A DNA stretch of 64,000 bases, taken from positions 26,678 through 90,677 of the forward strand of contig JANTFL010000001.1 of NCBI GenBank assembly GCA_024763455.1, written 5' to 3'. Below, piece after piece: positions 1 through 9,389 of the stretch. The DNA is from Sediminispirochaeta sp. GTDB taxonomy: Bacteria > Spirochaetota > Spirochaetia > B11-G9. Position 1 is the first letter of the stretch. Each line of letters starts with the position of its first letter. The notes under the pieces were generated by a model. The model worked only from the letters and a program-made list of their open reading frames with translations. It had not been told where the DNA came from and searched no databases. Position numbers and translations under genes: made by a program.

Positions 1-27
1 CTTTAAAAGAGAGTAACGGAGGTACGT

Positions 28-876
28 ATGATTCGCGGTTTGTATACCGGTGCAAGCGGAATGGTAGCACAGATGCACCGTATGGATGCCCTTGCCAACA
101 ACATAGCCAATGTGGATGTAACGGGGTATAAAAAGGACACATCTGTAAGCAAGGCTTTCCCGCAGATGCTGTTACGTAGGATGAACGATGACGGGCTGTA
201 CAAGTTCCCCTTTGGAAGTATTGATGTTGCCCCTGTTATAGGAACCCTGGGAACAGGGGTAGAGTACAACGAATCCTACACTATCTTCAGCCAGGGGGCC
301 ATGAAACAGACTGAAAACCCCTTTGATGTTGCCCTTGACGGGAAAGGATTCTTCTCGGTAGATGTTGACGGTAAGGAAAAATACACCAGAAATGGTTCTT
401 TCCTGATTAACAGCAGCGGTGTTCTGGTAACTAAAGAGGGGCATCCCGTCCTTGGAGAAAAGGGAATTATACAGTTAAAGAAGAATAACTTCGTTATAGA
501 TGAAAAGGGAAATGTTTATCAAAACGCAGCTTTTGCAGATGATCCCGGAAGACTGGTTTCTATGAGGGAAAACGAATGGGATCAGTTGGAACTTGTGGAT
601 AAACTAAAAATTGTTGATTTTAAACGGCCACGGTATCTCAAAAAAGAAGGAAGCAGTTTCTGGAAGGATACTGAGGAATCAGGCAAGGCTGCCATAACAG
701 ATACAGGAAATGAAACGAAGGTTCTTCAGGGGTTTCTGGAAAGCAGCAATGTTAATCCGGTTACCGAGATGGTTGCAATGATTCAGGTGAACAGAGCTTA
801 TGAGGCAAATCAAAAGGTAATTCAGACCCAGGATTCATTAACCGGAAGAATACTGAATGACGTACTGAGAGTTTAA
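28..876 (+). CDS. flgF: flagellar basal-body rod protein, FlgF/FlgG family (282 aa)
   Basis: N-terminus MIRGLYTGASGMVAQ...NNIANVDVTGYKK and C-terminal ...VNRAYEANQKV match rod protein signatures; GGAGG RBS upstream; followed by a second rod paralog. Confidence 0.8.
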   Translation: MIRGLYTGASGMVAQMHRMDALANNIANVDVTGYKKDTSVSKAFPQMLLRRMNDDGLYKFPFGSIDVAPVIGTLGTGVEYNESYTIFSQGAMKQTENPFDVALDGKGFFSVDVDGKEKYTRNGSFLINSSGVLVTKEGHPVLGEKGIIQLKKNNFVIDEKGNVYQNAAFADDPGRLVSMRENEWDQLELVDKLKIVDFKRPRYLKKEGSSFWKDTEESGKAAITDTGNETKVLQGFLESSNVNPVTEMVAMIQVNRAYEANQKVIQTQDSLTGRILNDVLRV

Positions 877-893
877 GAAGGAGAGTTAGTCGT

Positions 894-1688
894 ATGATGA
901 GATCACTATGGACTGCAGCATCGGGAATGACCGGACAGCAGTTTAACATAGATACAATTTCGAACAACCTGTCAAATGTAAACACAACCGGATTCAAAAA
1001 AATGAGAGCCGATTTCGAAGACCTTATTTACCAGACTTCCAGGATTGCGGGTACTCCTGCTACTGAATTGACAACGGTTCCCACAGGGATACAGGTTGGT
1101 CACGGTGTAAAGGTAGCTGCTACTCAAAAGGTGTTTACCCAGGGAGCGCTGCAGAGTACCGGAAACATTGCAGACCTTGCAATTCAGGGAGAAGGATTTT
1201 TTAGAGTACTGCTTCTTGACGGAAGTTACGGTTATACAAGGGACGGTTCTTTCAAAATTGATTCAAACGGACAGATTGTAAACTCCAATGGTTACCGGCT
1301 TATGCCGGAAGTCACTCTGCCGGAGAACTTTGTTAGAGAAAGCCTGGCAATTTCCCAGGACGGCAGGGTTACGGTTAAGGTTGCCGGTAATGATAACCCG
1401 ATTCAGGTAGCGCAGCTGGAACTTTACCGCTTTGTAAATCCTGCAGGGCTTCAGTCGATAGGCCAGAACAATTTTAAGGTAACCAATGGTTCAGGACCTG
1501 CAATCGGCGGGAGACCGGGATTTGACGGAATGGGTCTTGTAAACCAGAAATTCCTTGAGATGTCAAATGTTTCCGTTGTTTCAGAAATGGTAAACATGAT
1601 TGTAGCCCAACGGGCTTATGAGCTTAATTCCAAGGCTATTCAGACCTCTGATACAATGCTTGGAATAGCAAACAATCTAAAGCGGTAA
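894..1688 (+). CDS. flgG: flagellar basal-body distal rod protein FlgG (264 aa)
   Basis: MMRSLWTAASGMTGQQFNIDTISNNLSNVNTTGFKK ... AQRAYELNSKAIQTSDTML are canonical FlgG N- and C-terminal motifs. Confidence 0.9.
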   Translation: MMRSLWTAASGMTGQQFNIDTISNNLSNVNTTGFKKMRADFEDLIYQTSRIAGTPATELTTVPTGIQVGHGVKVAATQKVFTQGALQSTGNIADLAIQGEGFFRVLLLDGSYGYTRDGSFKIDSNGQIVNSNGYRLMPEVTLPENFVRESLAISQDGRVTVKVAGNDNPIQVAQLELYRFVNPAGLQSIGQNNFKVTNGSGPAIGGRPGFDGMGLVNQKFLEMSNVSVVSEMVNMIVAQRAYELNSKAIQTSDTMLGIANNLKR

Positions 1689-1700
1689 AGGAAGTGATGG

Positions 1701-2018
1701 ATGAACAGTATTGATTCACTTTACAGTCTTAATATTCAAAACAGCAGTATCGGAAAGACACAAGATATGAAAAACAGCCTCCGGAGCAGCAATGACCGGA
1801 GGCTGAAGGATGCATGCAGCGACTTCGAAGCACTGTTTATCAAACAAATGCTTGATTCCATGCGAAAAACAGTAGATAAAAGCGGATTACTGGACGGTGG
1901 AATGGCTGAAAATATCTTTCAGGATATGCTTTATGATAAATATGCAGAAAAAATGAGTAAAACTGGAAATTTTGGAATAAAAGATATACTTTATAAACAG
2001 TTAAAAAGTGTCTATTAA
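1701..2018 (+). CDS. flgJ: flagellar rod-binding protein (FlgJ N-terminal rod-binding domain only, no muramidase domain), 105 aa
   Basis: EALFIKQMLDSMRKT motif of the Rod-binding family; position directly after flgG; small size typical of spirochete FlgJ. Confidence 0.7.
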   Translation: MNSIDSLYSLNIQNSSIGKTQDMKNSLRSSNDRRLKDACSDFEALFIKQMLDSMRKTVDKSGLLDGGMAENIFQDMLYDKYAEKMSKTGNFGIKDILYKQLKSVY

Positions 2019-2112
2019 ACTATACAAAATTCTGATCCAATCTCTTATGAATTATATAATTACTTACAATGTAAATAAATAGATATTTAATTGGTAAAAT
2101 GATGTTTTTGGC

Positions 2113-2982
2113 ATGAAACTTGCATGTTATTATGCAGGAGCTGTTATGAAAAGAAATATAGAGAACGAAGAAAGTGCACTGAAAACATATTTTAACCAGA
2201 TTCAGAATACGCCCCTGCTAAGTTTTGAAGAAGAGCTTGAGCTTTCACGTAAGATCCAGAAGGGTGATGAGACTGCCAGGCAGCAGCTTGTCAAGGCTAA
2301 TTTAAGACTTGTTGTCAAGATTGCAAAAGCCTATACAACGGCAGATTACAGTTTTCTTGATATCATTCAGGAAGGTAATCTGGGGCTTATAAAAGCCGCA
2401 TCCCGGTATGATTATAAAAAAAATGTGCGGTTTTCAACCTATGCAGCATGGTGGATAAAACAATCAATAGTCCGGGCTTTATCAAAAAAGAAACGACCTA
2501 TACGCCTTCCGCACCGAAAAGAAGAGCTTTTAAAAAGGATTCAAAGAACATATTACGTTCTGAATCAAGAGCTTTCTAGAAAACCATCAGTTGAAGAGAT
2601 TGCAGAAGAGTTACAAGAAAAACCGGAGGATGTTGCGGCCCTCTTAAACTCCTCGACCCCCCTTTATTCTTTGGACAGTACCTTAAATGAGGATTCTTCA
2701 ACTCTCATGGATATGTACGAAGATACTACCTTCGATCCGGATGAGATGCTTATGAAGAAATGTTTTAAGGAAGAAACCATGCATTTCCTTGAACATCTCC
2801 TGGAAAAAGAGAAACAGATACTTATGTACCGGTTTTCCTTTTACGGAGGTAAGAAGTACACTCTTAAAGTAATTGGAGAGGAGATGGGCATCTCACCGGA
2901 AACAGTCAGGCAGATTGAGATGCGGGCTATCAGGAAGCTGAAAGACCATGCCAATGAGCTTAAAGATTTCATTTACAACTGA
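2113..2982 (+). CDS. RNA polymerase sigma factor, sigma-70 family (RpoS/RpoD-like group; 289 aa)
   Basis: Region 2 LVKANLRLVVKIAKAYT...FLDIIQEGNLGLIKAASRYD, YAAWWIKQSIVRAL (region 2.4/3) and region 4 HTH ETVRQIEMRAIRKL; lies beside the flagellar rod genes as rpoS does in Borrelia. Confidence 0.85.
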   Translation: MKLACYYAGAVMKRNIENEESALKTYFNQIQNTPLLSFEEELELSRKIQKGDETARQQLVKANLRLVVKIAKAYTTADYSFLDIIQEGNLGLIKAASRYDYKKNVRFSTYAAWWIKQSIVRALSKKKRPIRLPHRKEELLKRIQRTYYVLNQELSRKPSVEEIAEELQEKPEDVAALLNSSTPLYSLDSTLNEDSSTLMDMYEDTTFDPDEMLMKKCFKEETMHFLEHLLEKEKQILMYRFSFYGGKKYTLKVIGEEMGISPETVRQIEMRAIRKLKDHANELKDFIYN

Positions 2983-3026
2983 TAGAGTGTTGACCAAGAG
3001 TATAAATAATACTATTTTCTACTTCA

Positions 3027-3935
3027 GTGAAGAAAGGTAACGGAAAACTACTACTTGTATATATTCTTCTTGGGGTAATCGCAGCTGCCCTCTTGCTGAC
3101 CCTTGTTATACTACCGCCGGGGGCAATACAGGGAACGGCAGAAAGGGAAACAGAAAAAAGAGAGATAGAGAACGCGGAAGTAAAACCTCCGGAGCATCTG
3201 CCTGAGAGTCAGCCCGGGAAAGAGATCGTTAAAAAACCGCCGGCAAAAGGGCATCTTATCTTTGTAATCGATGATGTCGGAAACAATCTTTTTCAGTTGA
3301 AACCCTTTCTTGATCTCCCTTTTAAAATAACTTTTGCTATTTTACCCGGGCTGCCCTATACTGAAGAAGCTGCTGCGATGATCCATAAGGCAGGGAAGGA
3401 ATATATTCTTCACCAGCCTATGGATGCTGTCAATGGAGGTGATACAGGACCCGGAGCCATTCATACAGGGATGTCATTAGACGAGGTAAGGCATAGTGTT
3501 ACCGTAAATCTTGCACCCCTCCCTTATGCTCAGGGAATTAACAATCACATGGGTTCGGCCGGGACGGCAGACAAGGATTTAATGGTTTCGTTGTTTACAG
3601 TTTTAAAGGAAAAGGGTATGTTCTTTCTTGACAGCCGAACAACATCAAATAGTGTCGGGGCAGAGGTTGCCGCCCAGATAGGGCTTCCGTTTGCTGAAAG
3701 GAGTGTTTTTCTGGACAACAATAAAGAGAAAAAAGCGATAGAAGAATCCATTGAGAAGGGTGTTGATATTTCTGAAAAGAAAGGACATGCGGTTATGATA
3801 GGTCATATCTGGTCTGCAGAACTTGCAGAGGTTCTTCTTGAAATGTATCCAGCACTACTGGAGGATAATTACACTTTGAATAATCTTACTGAGCTTTTTA
3901 TGGGATATAAGGACGATGAAGATACTTGGTATTGA
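3027..3935 (+). CDS. divergent polysaccharide deacetylase family protein (YibQ-like), membrane anchored
   Basis: GTG start; N-terminal TM helix; LIFVIDDVGNN...ILPGLPYT motifs typical of the divergent polysaccharide deacetylase family. Confidence 0.6.
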   Translation: MKKGNGKLLLVYILLGVIAAALLLTLVILPPGAIQGTAERETEKREIENAEVKPPEHLPESQPGKEIVKKPPAKGHLIFVIDDVGNNLFQLKPFLDLPFKITFAILPGLPYTEEAAAMIHKAGKEYILHQPMDAVNGGDTGPGAIHTGMSLDEVRHSVTVNLAPLPYAQGINNHMGSAGTADKDLMVSLFTVLKEKGMFFLDSRTTSNSVGAEVAAQIGLPFAERSVFLDNNKEKKAIEESIEKGVDISEKKGHAVMIGHIWSAELAEVLLEMYPALLEDNYTLNNLTELFMGYKDDEDTWY

Positions 3936-4929
3936 AAGCTCTTGTGATGAGTGTTCCGCCTCTGTTGTAGAAGATGGAAAAAAAATTTTAAGCAATGTAA
4001 TTGCTACTCAGATAGACTTTCACCGGGAGTACAATGGTGTCGTTCCTGAAATAGCATCGCGGCTGCATACTGAATGGATACTGTCTGTCGTGCGAGAAGC
4101 ACTTGAGAAAAGCCATTTGGCCCTTGGGGATATAGACGGTATTGCAGTAACTGCCAGACCGGGATTAGTCGGTTCACTTCTTGTCGGGGTTAGTTTCGCA
4201 AAAGGGATTGCTCTCTCTCTGGACAAACCATTAATTGGCGTTGACCATATAAGGGCTCATCTATACGCTCCTCATCTGGAGTATGATATTGAATATCCCT
4301 ATCTGGGGCTGCTTGTGTCAGGGGGACATACCGTGATAAGCAGAGTTGATGGGTTTGATACTATAGCTGTAATGGGGACCACCATCGACGATGCCTGTGG
4401 AGAAGCTTTCGATAAGGTTGCAAAGTTTTATAAGCTTGGGTATCCCGGAGGGGTGGCAATTGATAATCTATCCTCCAGGGGTGATCCGGAGGCCTTCGCC
4501 TTCCCGGACCCTTCGTTGCACAAAGGTGATCACCGGTATGACGTATCATATTCAGGTTTAAAAACAGCTGTAATCAATCAACTGGATCAATTCTGGAACG
4601 GCAAAAGTGAAAAGAGTAATGAGAACATTGCTGCGAGTTTTCAGAAAGCTGCAGTCGGCATGCTTATAAAAAGAGTTAAACGGGCTGTAGAAGACACGGG
4701 GATTACAACTGTTGTTGCCGGAGGCGGAGTTGTTGCCAATTCGTTACTACGGTCTGAGCTTAAAAATATCAAAGACGTCAAGGTGATTGTTCCTTCAATC
4801 AGCTTGTGTACCGATAACGGAGCCATGATTGCCGGGCTTGGTTATCATTACCTGAGTACAGGGATTACATCAGACCTTTCGTTAAACGCTTCTGCCAGGG
4901 TTCAGGCCTTCAGAAAGAAATATCCTTAA
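3916..4929 (+). CDS. tsaD: tRNA N6-adenosine threonylcarbamoyltransferase TsaD
   Basis: MKILGIESSCDECSASVV... Kae1/TsaD N-terminus, GGVAIDN, and C-terminal GGGVVANSLLR. Confidence 0.9.
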   Translation: MKILGIESSCDECSASVVEDGKKILSNVIATQIDFHREYNGVVPEIASRLHTEWILSVVREALEKSHLALGDIDGIAVTARPGLVGSLLVGVSFAKGIALSLDKPLIGVDHIRAHLYAPHLEYDIEYPYLGLLVSGGHTVISRVDGFDTIAVMGTTIDDACGEAFDKVAKFYKLGYPGGVAIDNLSSRGDPEAFAFPDPSLHKGDHRYDVSYSGLKTAVINQLDQFWNGKSEKSNENIAASFQKAAVGMLIKRVKRAVEDTGITTVVAGGGVVANSLLRSELKNIKDVKVIVPSISLCTDNGAMIAGLGYHYLSTGITSDLSLNASARVQAFRKKYP

Positions 4930-4937
4930 TAACTCTA

Positions 4938-4966
4938 TTGACAAAATGATAGGGTTTTTGTACATT
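4938..4966 (+). promoter_or_regulatory. sigma-70-like promoter for the tRNA-Gln/tRNA-Glu pair (TTGACA-17nt-TACATT)
   Basis: perfect -35 TTGACA at 4938-4943, 17-nt spacer, -10 TACATT at 4961-4966, about 18 nt upstream of the tRNA. Confidence 0.55.
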
Positions 4967-4983
4967 ACCACGGTAACATTCTC

Positions 4984-5055
4984 TGGCCTATTGTGTAATT
5001 GGTAGCACAGCGGATTCTGGTTCCGTCAGTGAGGGTTCAAGTCCTTCTAGGCCAG
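4984..5055 (+). tRNA. tRNA-Gln (anticodon CTG)
   Basis: manual cloverleaf fold: acceptor TGGCCTA/TAGGCCA, D stem GTGT/GCAC, anticodon stem GCGGA/TCCGT with loop TTCTGGT, T loop TTCAAGT; no encoded CCA. Confidence 0.7.
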
Positions 5056-5061
5056 CTGCTT

Positions 5062-5133
5062 GGTCCCTTCGTCTATCGGCTAGGATGGAAGATTCTCAGT
5101 CTTCAGAGAGGGGTTCGATTCCCCTAGGGACTA
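5062..5133 (+). tRNA. tRNA-Glu (anticodon CTC)
   Basis: GGTCCCTTCGTC... closely resembles the E. coli tRNA-Glu 5' end; anticodon stem GAAGA/TCTTC with loop TTCTCAG; T arm AGGGG-TTCGATT-CCCCT; no encoded CCA. Confidence 0.7.
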
Positions 5134-5135
5134 GA

Positions 5136-5170
5136 ACGGCCTTTCTTGTGATTGGCCGTTTTTCTTTTTT
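5136..5170 (+). terminator. rho-independent terminator after the tRNA pair
   Basis: stem ACGGCC/GGCCGT with a 12-nt loop, followed by a T tract (tttttcttttttt). Confidence 0.5.
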
Positions 5171-5188
5171 ATGATATACTCTTAAATA

Positions 5189-6892
5189 ATGAACAATTCC
5201 GTATTTGACAAACTAATTTCCGGTCTCACAGTGGAAGAGCGGATGAAAATGGCGGAGAAGATGAAAATCTCTTCCGTAATAACCAGTGAACCGCTTGTTG
5301 TAGAAGACGAAACAGCAGCTTTAGATTATTCAACCTATGTTCATAATCTGTCTATTATTGAAAGGCTGATAATTTTTCTAAAATCCCTCTTTTCCTCAAA
5401 CGAGTATGAAAAAGTTCTGGGTGATCATTTAATCAGTAAACTTGGTAAGAATGTGGAACGGAAAAGCCCCGGCATCATGCATTACCATGAAAGAGAGTTT
5501 ACCCAGGGGTTTTATGTCGAAATAGTAAATTTCAGAGATTCACTTTTAGATCTGAAGGAATATATCTGTACTACCCTTGAAATAAACAAGATGGATTTTC
5601 TTGCATTCCTTGGTGGATGGTTTCTTCCGCAAATTCATCAGCGGTTTATCAGTGAAACTGATCCCTGGGCGCTCAGTAAGGAAAATGATGAGCTTCTAAA
5701 TTTCGAGATCCGCAGGGAACTGGAATTCCGTCTGGAAGATATTCTGAGCTCTGTTTCAGAAGATGAGCGGAGGATGATGTACCGTTACTCCCGTTCTCTT
5801 CATATACTCAATACGCTCTTAAAGTTCGACTTTAATCATATCCTGGATGCTTTTGGACCTTCCGGGACAAAACAGGGAAAGGTCTGCAGATTTTCAGATA
5901 TCAGGAACAGTTTGAAAGAACTGGACAATATACTGTACAGCTTCAGGTTCCCACCGGAGCAGGATCTATTCAGGGCAGTATACTATTACTACAGGATTAA
6001 AGAAAACCAGGATCCTGAGGATGTTGATAAAGTGAGAGAGTTTCTCGAAACAGCTGAACAGACCATGAAAAGCATACGGTTATTCAACAAAAAGATACCT
6101 ATGGACACTATTCTTAAAATTGTTTACAGAAACATCAGTTATAATCCCACTGAAATAAGCGGGGGAGAAGACTGGTTTGCTCTGTATAAAAAGTTTTGGT
6201 ATAAAAAATTTGAAGTCTCCATGCTTACATTTACCTTGGAGAATAAAAAGAAAGAGCTGCTGGCCGAAAACAAAGAACGACTGAAGGTAGATAAGATTCA
6301 GTACCTTACCTATTACCGAAACAGGATCTGGGGGAATGACCTTTCGATACGGTATGAAGAATCAACTGCAATTCTTTATACTTTTTTGTTAACCATGTAC
6401 ACTCGTGAGATCCTTCCAACTTTGAAACTTATTCTTGAGGATGGCAAGTTTTATAAGAAACAGAACCAGCAGGAATTCACTTCATCATACACATCAATTA
6501 TACAAACTCTGGAAAGATTAAAGTTTCTTGACTCCTCACTTGCACCGGGAGGCGAGTATGCTCTGGAGATTGAGTCAATCAAGGAGGGTGAAGAGGGTGA
6601 TCTGGAGAAGATCGACAGAATACGGAAATTGTTTCTGAGAATAGATGAAAAGGTGGAATCGATAATAATGGACTTTGTCTCATCCTTAAATCTTATGAGC
6701 AGACTCCTTAAAGGGATAACTCATGGAGATGTGGGCGGACCCTACGATACCCTTTCAAACCTCGGGTATATAGGCAAAGGTAAAAATAATGATCTACTGT
6801 CCCTTCTGATTCAGATCTGCTACACCCTGGACGGGTTCCTTGAAAATTTTACTGCCTTGTACGATGTCGAGAAGAGCAGTGCTGCAGAATAG
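5189..6892 (+). CDS. hypothetical protein (567 aa), paralog of the CDS at 52619..54367
   Basis: long ORF with no recognisable catalytic motif; N-terminal VFDKLISGLTVEER and a following hydrophobic/FS..E...L segment are shared with the 582-aa ORF at 52619. Confidence 0.6.
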   Translation: MNNSVFDKLISGLTVEERMKMAEKMKISSVITSEPLVVEDETAALDYSTYVHNLSIIERLIIFLKSLFSSNEYEKVLGDHLISKLGKNVERKSPGIMHYHEREFTQGFYVEIVNFRDSLLDLKEYICTTLEINKMDFLAFLGGWFLPQIHQRFISETDPWALSKENDELLNFEIRRELEFRLEDILSSVSEDERRMMYRYSRSLHILNTLLKFDFNHILDAFGPSGTKQGKVCRFSDIRNSLKELDNILYSFRFPPEQDLFRAVYYYYRIKENQDPEDVDKVREFLETAEQTMKSIRLFNKKIPMDTILKIVYRNISYNPTEISGGEDWFALYKKFWYKKFEVSMLTFTLENKKKELLAENKERLKVDKIQYLTYYRNRIWGNDLSIRYEESTAILYTFLLTMYTREILPTLKLILEDGKFYKKQNQQEFTSSYTSIIQTLERLKFLDSSLAPGGEYALEIESIKEGEEGDLEKIDRIRKLFLRIDEKVESIIMDFVSSLNLMSRLLKGITHGDVGGPYDTLSNLGYIGKGKNNDLLSLLIQICYTLDGFLENFTALYDVEKSSAAE

Positions 6893-6899
6893 AGAGGAT

Positions 6900-7589
6900 A
6901 TGCTCATCTTTAGCCCCCCCATCGACGGTCCAGACATCCTGATCAGTTTAAAAAAAGCAGGGAATATGGCCTATCGGGAGAATGGGATAACTCCTGAACG
7001 GCTAAATTTCTATGCTTCAATCGGGATAGATTCTGAAAGAGTTGTCAGTTGCCGTCAGATCCATTCCCGGAATATATTTCTGGTGGATAATCATCCGGAA
7101 GAAGAGCTACAGGGGGATGGCCTGATTACAGGAAATAAAAACCTTATACTCTGCGCTACTGCTGCTGATTGTATGCCGGTTTATTTATTTGACAGAAATA
7201 GCGGAAGTTTTGGAATTGTTCATTCTGGTTGGAAGGGGACCGGGATTGCAGCCGATGCGGTAAAAATATTCACGGAAAAAATGAATTCCCATAGAGATGA
7301 TCTGGTGGCGGTCATGGGTCCTTCTGCCGGGGTATGCTGCTACGAGGTGGATGAAGAACGATACCATATTTTTCGGAGAAAATGGGGAGCTGAAAGCGTT
7401 GATAAGAGGGATGGATCCTACTATATTGATTTGCCTTCGGCGAACAGGCATATTCTGGAGAGTACAGGATGTAAAAACATTTACAGTTTTCACGAGTGTA
7501 CAATCTGTAATGACATATACGGTTCATTCCGGAGGGAGGGGCCCGGCAGTTTTACCCTGATGCTTGCAATGATCGGTTATTTTAGATAA
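6900..7589 (+). CDS. pgeF: peptidoglycan editing factor PgeF / YfiH (laccase-domain, DUF152) family protein
   Basis: GIVHSGWKGT, C..DC.P, and C-terminal CT.C motifs of the YfiH family; start placed at internal ATG (MLIFSPP) to avoid a 52-nt overlap; the ORF extends up to 6840. Confidence 0.7.
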   Translation: MLIFSPPIDGPDILISLKKAGNMAYRENGITPERLNFYASIGIDSERVVSCRQIHSRNIFLVDNHPEEELQGDGLITGNKNLILCATAADCMPVYLFDRNSGSFGIVHSGWKGTGIAADAVKIFTEKMNSHRDDLVAVMGPSAGVCCYEVDEERYHIFRRKWGAESVDKRDGSYYIDLPSANRHILESTGCKNIYSFHECTICNDIYGSFRREGPGSFTLMLAMIGYFR

Positions 7590-7613
7590 TCTTGGACTTC
7601 CGAGGAGAATGTA

Positions 7614-9374
7614 ATGGAAGCTTTAAAAAATATTTGGAAAGACAGGATAAAAAAGGCTCTTATTGATTCAGCAGAAAAGTACGGGCTTGATGCCGGATCT
7701 GTTGATGGTATCCCCCTCATTCTTGAGACACCACCGAAAGCGGAGCTTGGCGATATAGCCTTTCCTCTTTTCCCCTTTGCAAGGGTATTTAAGCGAAATC
7801 CTGCCCAGATTGCTGCAGAAGTGGCTGAGATTTTAAACAGAGATTCTTCGTTCGGGTCTGCCGAAGCGGCGGGACCCTATATAAATATTAAACTCGATCT
7901 CTCAGGGCAGATTGAGAAAACCATTCTTGCAGTGAACAGTGAAGGGAATGACTACGGGAGAACCTCTCTTTACAAAGACGAAAAAATAATGGTTGAGTTT
8001 TCCTGTCCCAACACGAACAAACCTCTCCATTTGGGGCATCTGAGAAATGACTCCATCGGCGAGAGTGTTTCCAGAATTTTGGCAATGAACAGTGCTGATG
8101 TCAGGAAAGTTAATCTGATTAACGACCGGGGTATACACATCTGTAAATCAATGCTGGCTTATAAAAAATTCGGAGGAGATACTACTCCTGAAAGCGAAGG
8201 GATAAAAAGTGATCACTTTGTGGGAAAGTACTATGTCAAATACAACGAGTGGTCAAAGGAGTATCCCGGAGCTGAGGAGGAGGCACGAGCAATGCTCAGG
8301 GCGTGGGAAGCAGGCGACCCGGAGGTTACGGCATTGTGGAAAAAGATGAACAACTGGACAATAAGCGGTATTCAGGAAACCTACCGCAAAACCGGAATCA
8401 GTTTTGATACCTTCTACTATGAAAGTGAGACGTATAAAGCCGGGAAAGAAGAAATTTTAACTGGTCTGGATAAAGGTGTATTCTATGCTGAAGAGGACGG
8501 TTCAGTGTGGGCAGATCTTTCAGAGATAGATCTCGATAAGAAGGTCCTCTTGAGGAGCGACGGTACCTCACTGTATCTTACACAGGATATTGGAACTGCT
8601 ATTGCACGCCATAAAGACTGGCCCTTTGAAAGGTTACTATATGTTGTCGGGTCTGAACAGCAGTATCACTTCAAAGTGCTCTTTTACATTCTCAAAAAAC
8701 TGGGGTTTAAATGGGCTGAAAAGCTCTACCATCTCTCCTACGGTATGGTTAACCTTCCCGAGGGTAAGATGAAATCACGGGAAGGAACGGTTGTAGATGC
8801 AGACGATCTGTTTCAGGAACTGAAAAGGATTGCCTTCGAAGAGATCGAGTCAAAGGATAGAATCAGCGAAGTTGGAGATGTTGAGAAGACAACAGATGCC
8901 GTTGCCCTTGCTGCCCTCAATTACTATCTGCTACAGGTTTCACCGGGCAAGGATATGATATTTAATCCCAAGGATTCAATATCCTTTAATGGAAATACTG
9001 GTCCGTATCTGCAGTACATGGGAGCCAGGATTTCAAGTATGCTCAGAAAATTTGAAAAAAAAGAGAATCAGTATGCCGGAACAGCCCCGGATTTCAGTTC
9101 CCTGAATGAGGAATCTGAAAGGGAGCTTGTAAAACTTCTTTCCGCTTTCCCCGCAGTTGTGAAGGAAGCGGCAAAAGAGCTGAATCCGGCTGTTGTGGCA
9201 GGTTATTTATACAATCTTACAAAACTTTTTAGCAGGTTTTATCATGATGTGCCTGTTTTGAATGATGAGAACAAACAGCGTGTTTTGGCAAGAGTTGAGC
9301 TTGTAAAAGCTATTCGGCAGGTTCTCAAAAACGGTTTTTTCCTGATTGGGGTTCCCTTTCTGGACAGGATGTAA
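7614..9374 (+). CDS. argS: arginine--tRNA ligase
   Basis: class I HLGHLRN (HIGH) motif, GKMKSREG (KMSKS-like), DALK-type anticodon-binding C-terminus ending ...DRM; 586 aa. Confidence 0.9.
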   Translation: MEALKNIWKDRIKKALIDSAEKYGLDAGSVDGIPLILETPPKAELGDIAFPLFPFARVFKRNPAQIAAEVAEILNRDSSFGSAEAAGPYINIKLDLSGQIEKTILAVNSEGNDYGRTSLYKDEKIMVEFSCPNTNKPLHLGHLRNDSIGESVSRILAMNSADVRKVNLINDRGIHICKSMLAYKKFGGDTTPESEGIKSDHFVGKYYVKYNEWSKEYPGAEEEARAMLRAWEAGDPEVTALWKKMNNWTISGIQETYRKTGISFDTFYYESETYKAGKEEILTGLDKGVFYAEEDGSVWADLSEIDLDKKVLLRSDGTSLYLTQDIGTAIARHKDWPFERLLYVVGSEQQYHFKVLFYILKKLGFKWAEKLYHLSYGMVNLPEGKMKSREGTVVDADDLFQELKRIAFEEIESKDRISEVGDVEKTTDAVALAALNYYLLQVSPGKDMIFNPKDSISFNGNTGPYLQYMGARISSMLRKFEKKENQYAGTAPDFSSLNEESERELVKLLSAFPAVVKEAAKELNPAVVAGYLYNLTKLFSRFYHDVPVLNDENKQRVLARVELVKAIRQVLKNGFFLIGVPFLDRM

Positions 9375-9389
9375 AGGCTTTGGCGGTAT

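Noticed and set aside
3-269. 88-aa minus-strand ORF at the window start
   Set aside because: Antisense to the flgF-like gene, which has strong rod-protein motifs.
2989-3018. TTGACC-17-TATTTT promoter-like element upstream of the deacetylase gene
   Set aside because: The -10 lies only 8 nt from the GTG start, leaving no room for a 5' UTR or RBS; probably a chance match in AT-rich sequence, although a leaderless transcript cannot be excluded.
4930-6892. tRNA-adjacent region as a possible integrated mobile element or defence island
   Set aside because: No integrase, recombinase, direct repeat of the tRNA 3' end or phage-like gene; flanking genes are housekeeping. The large ORF there has a paralog elsewhere in a housekeeping context.
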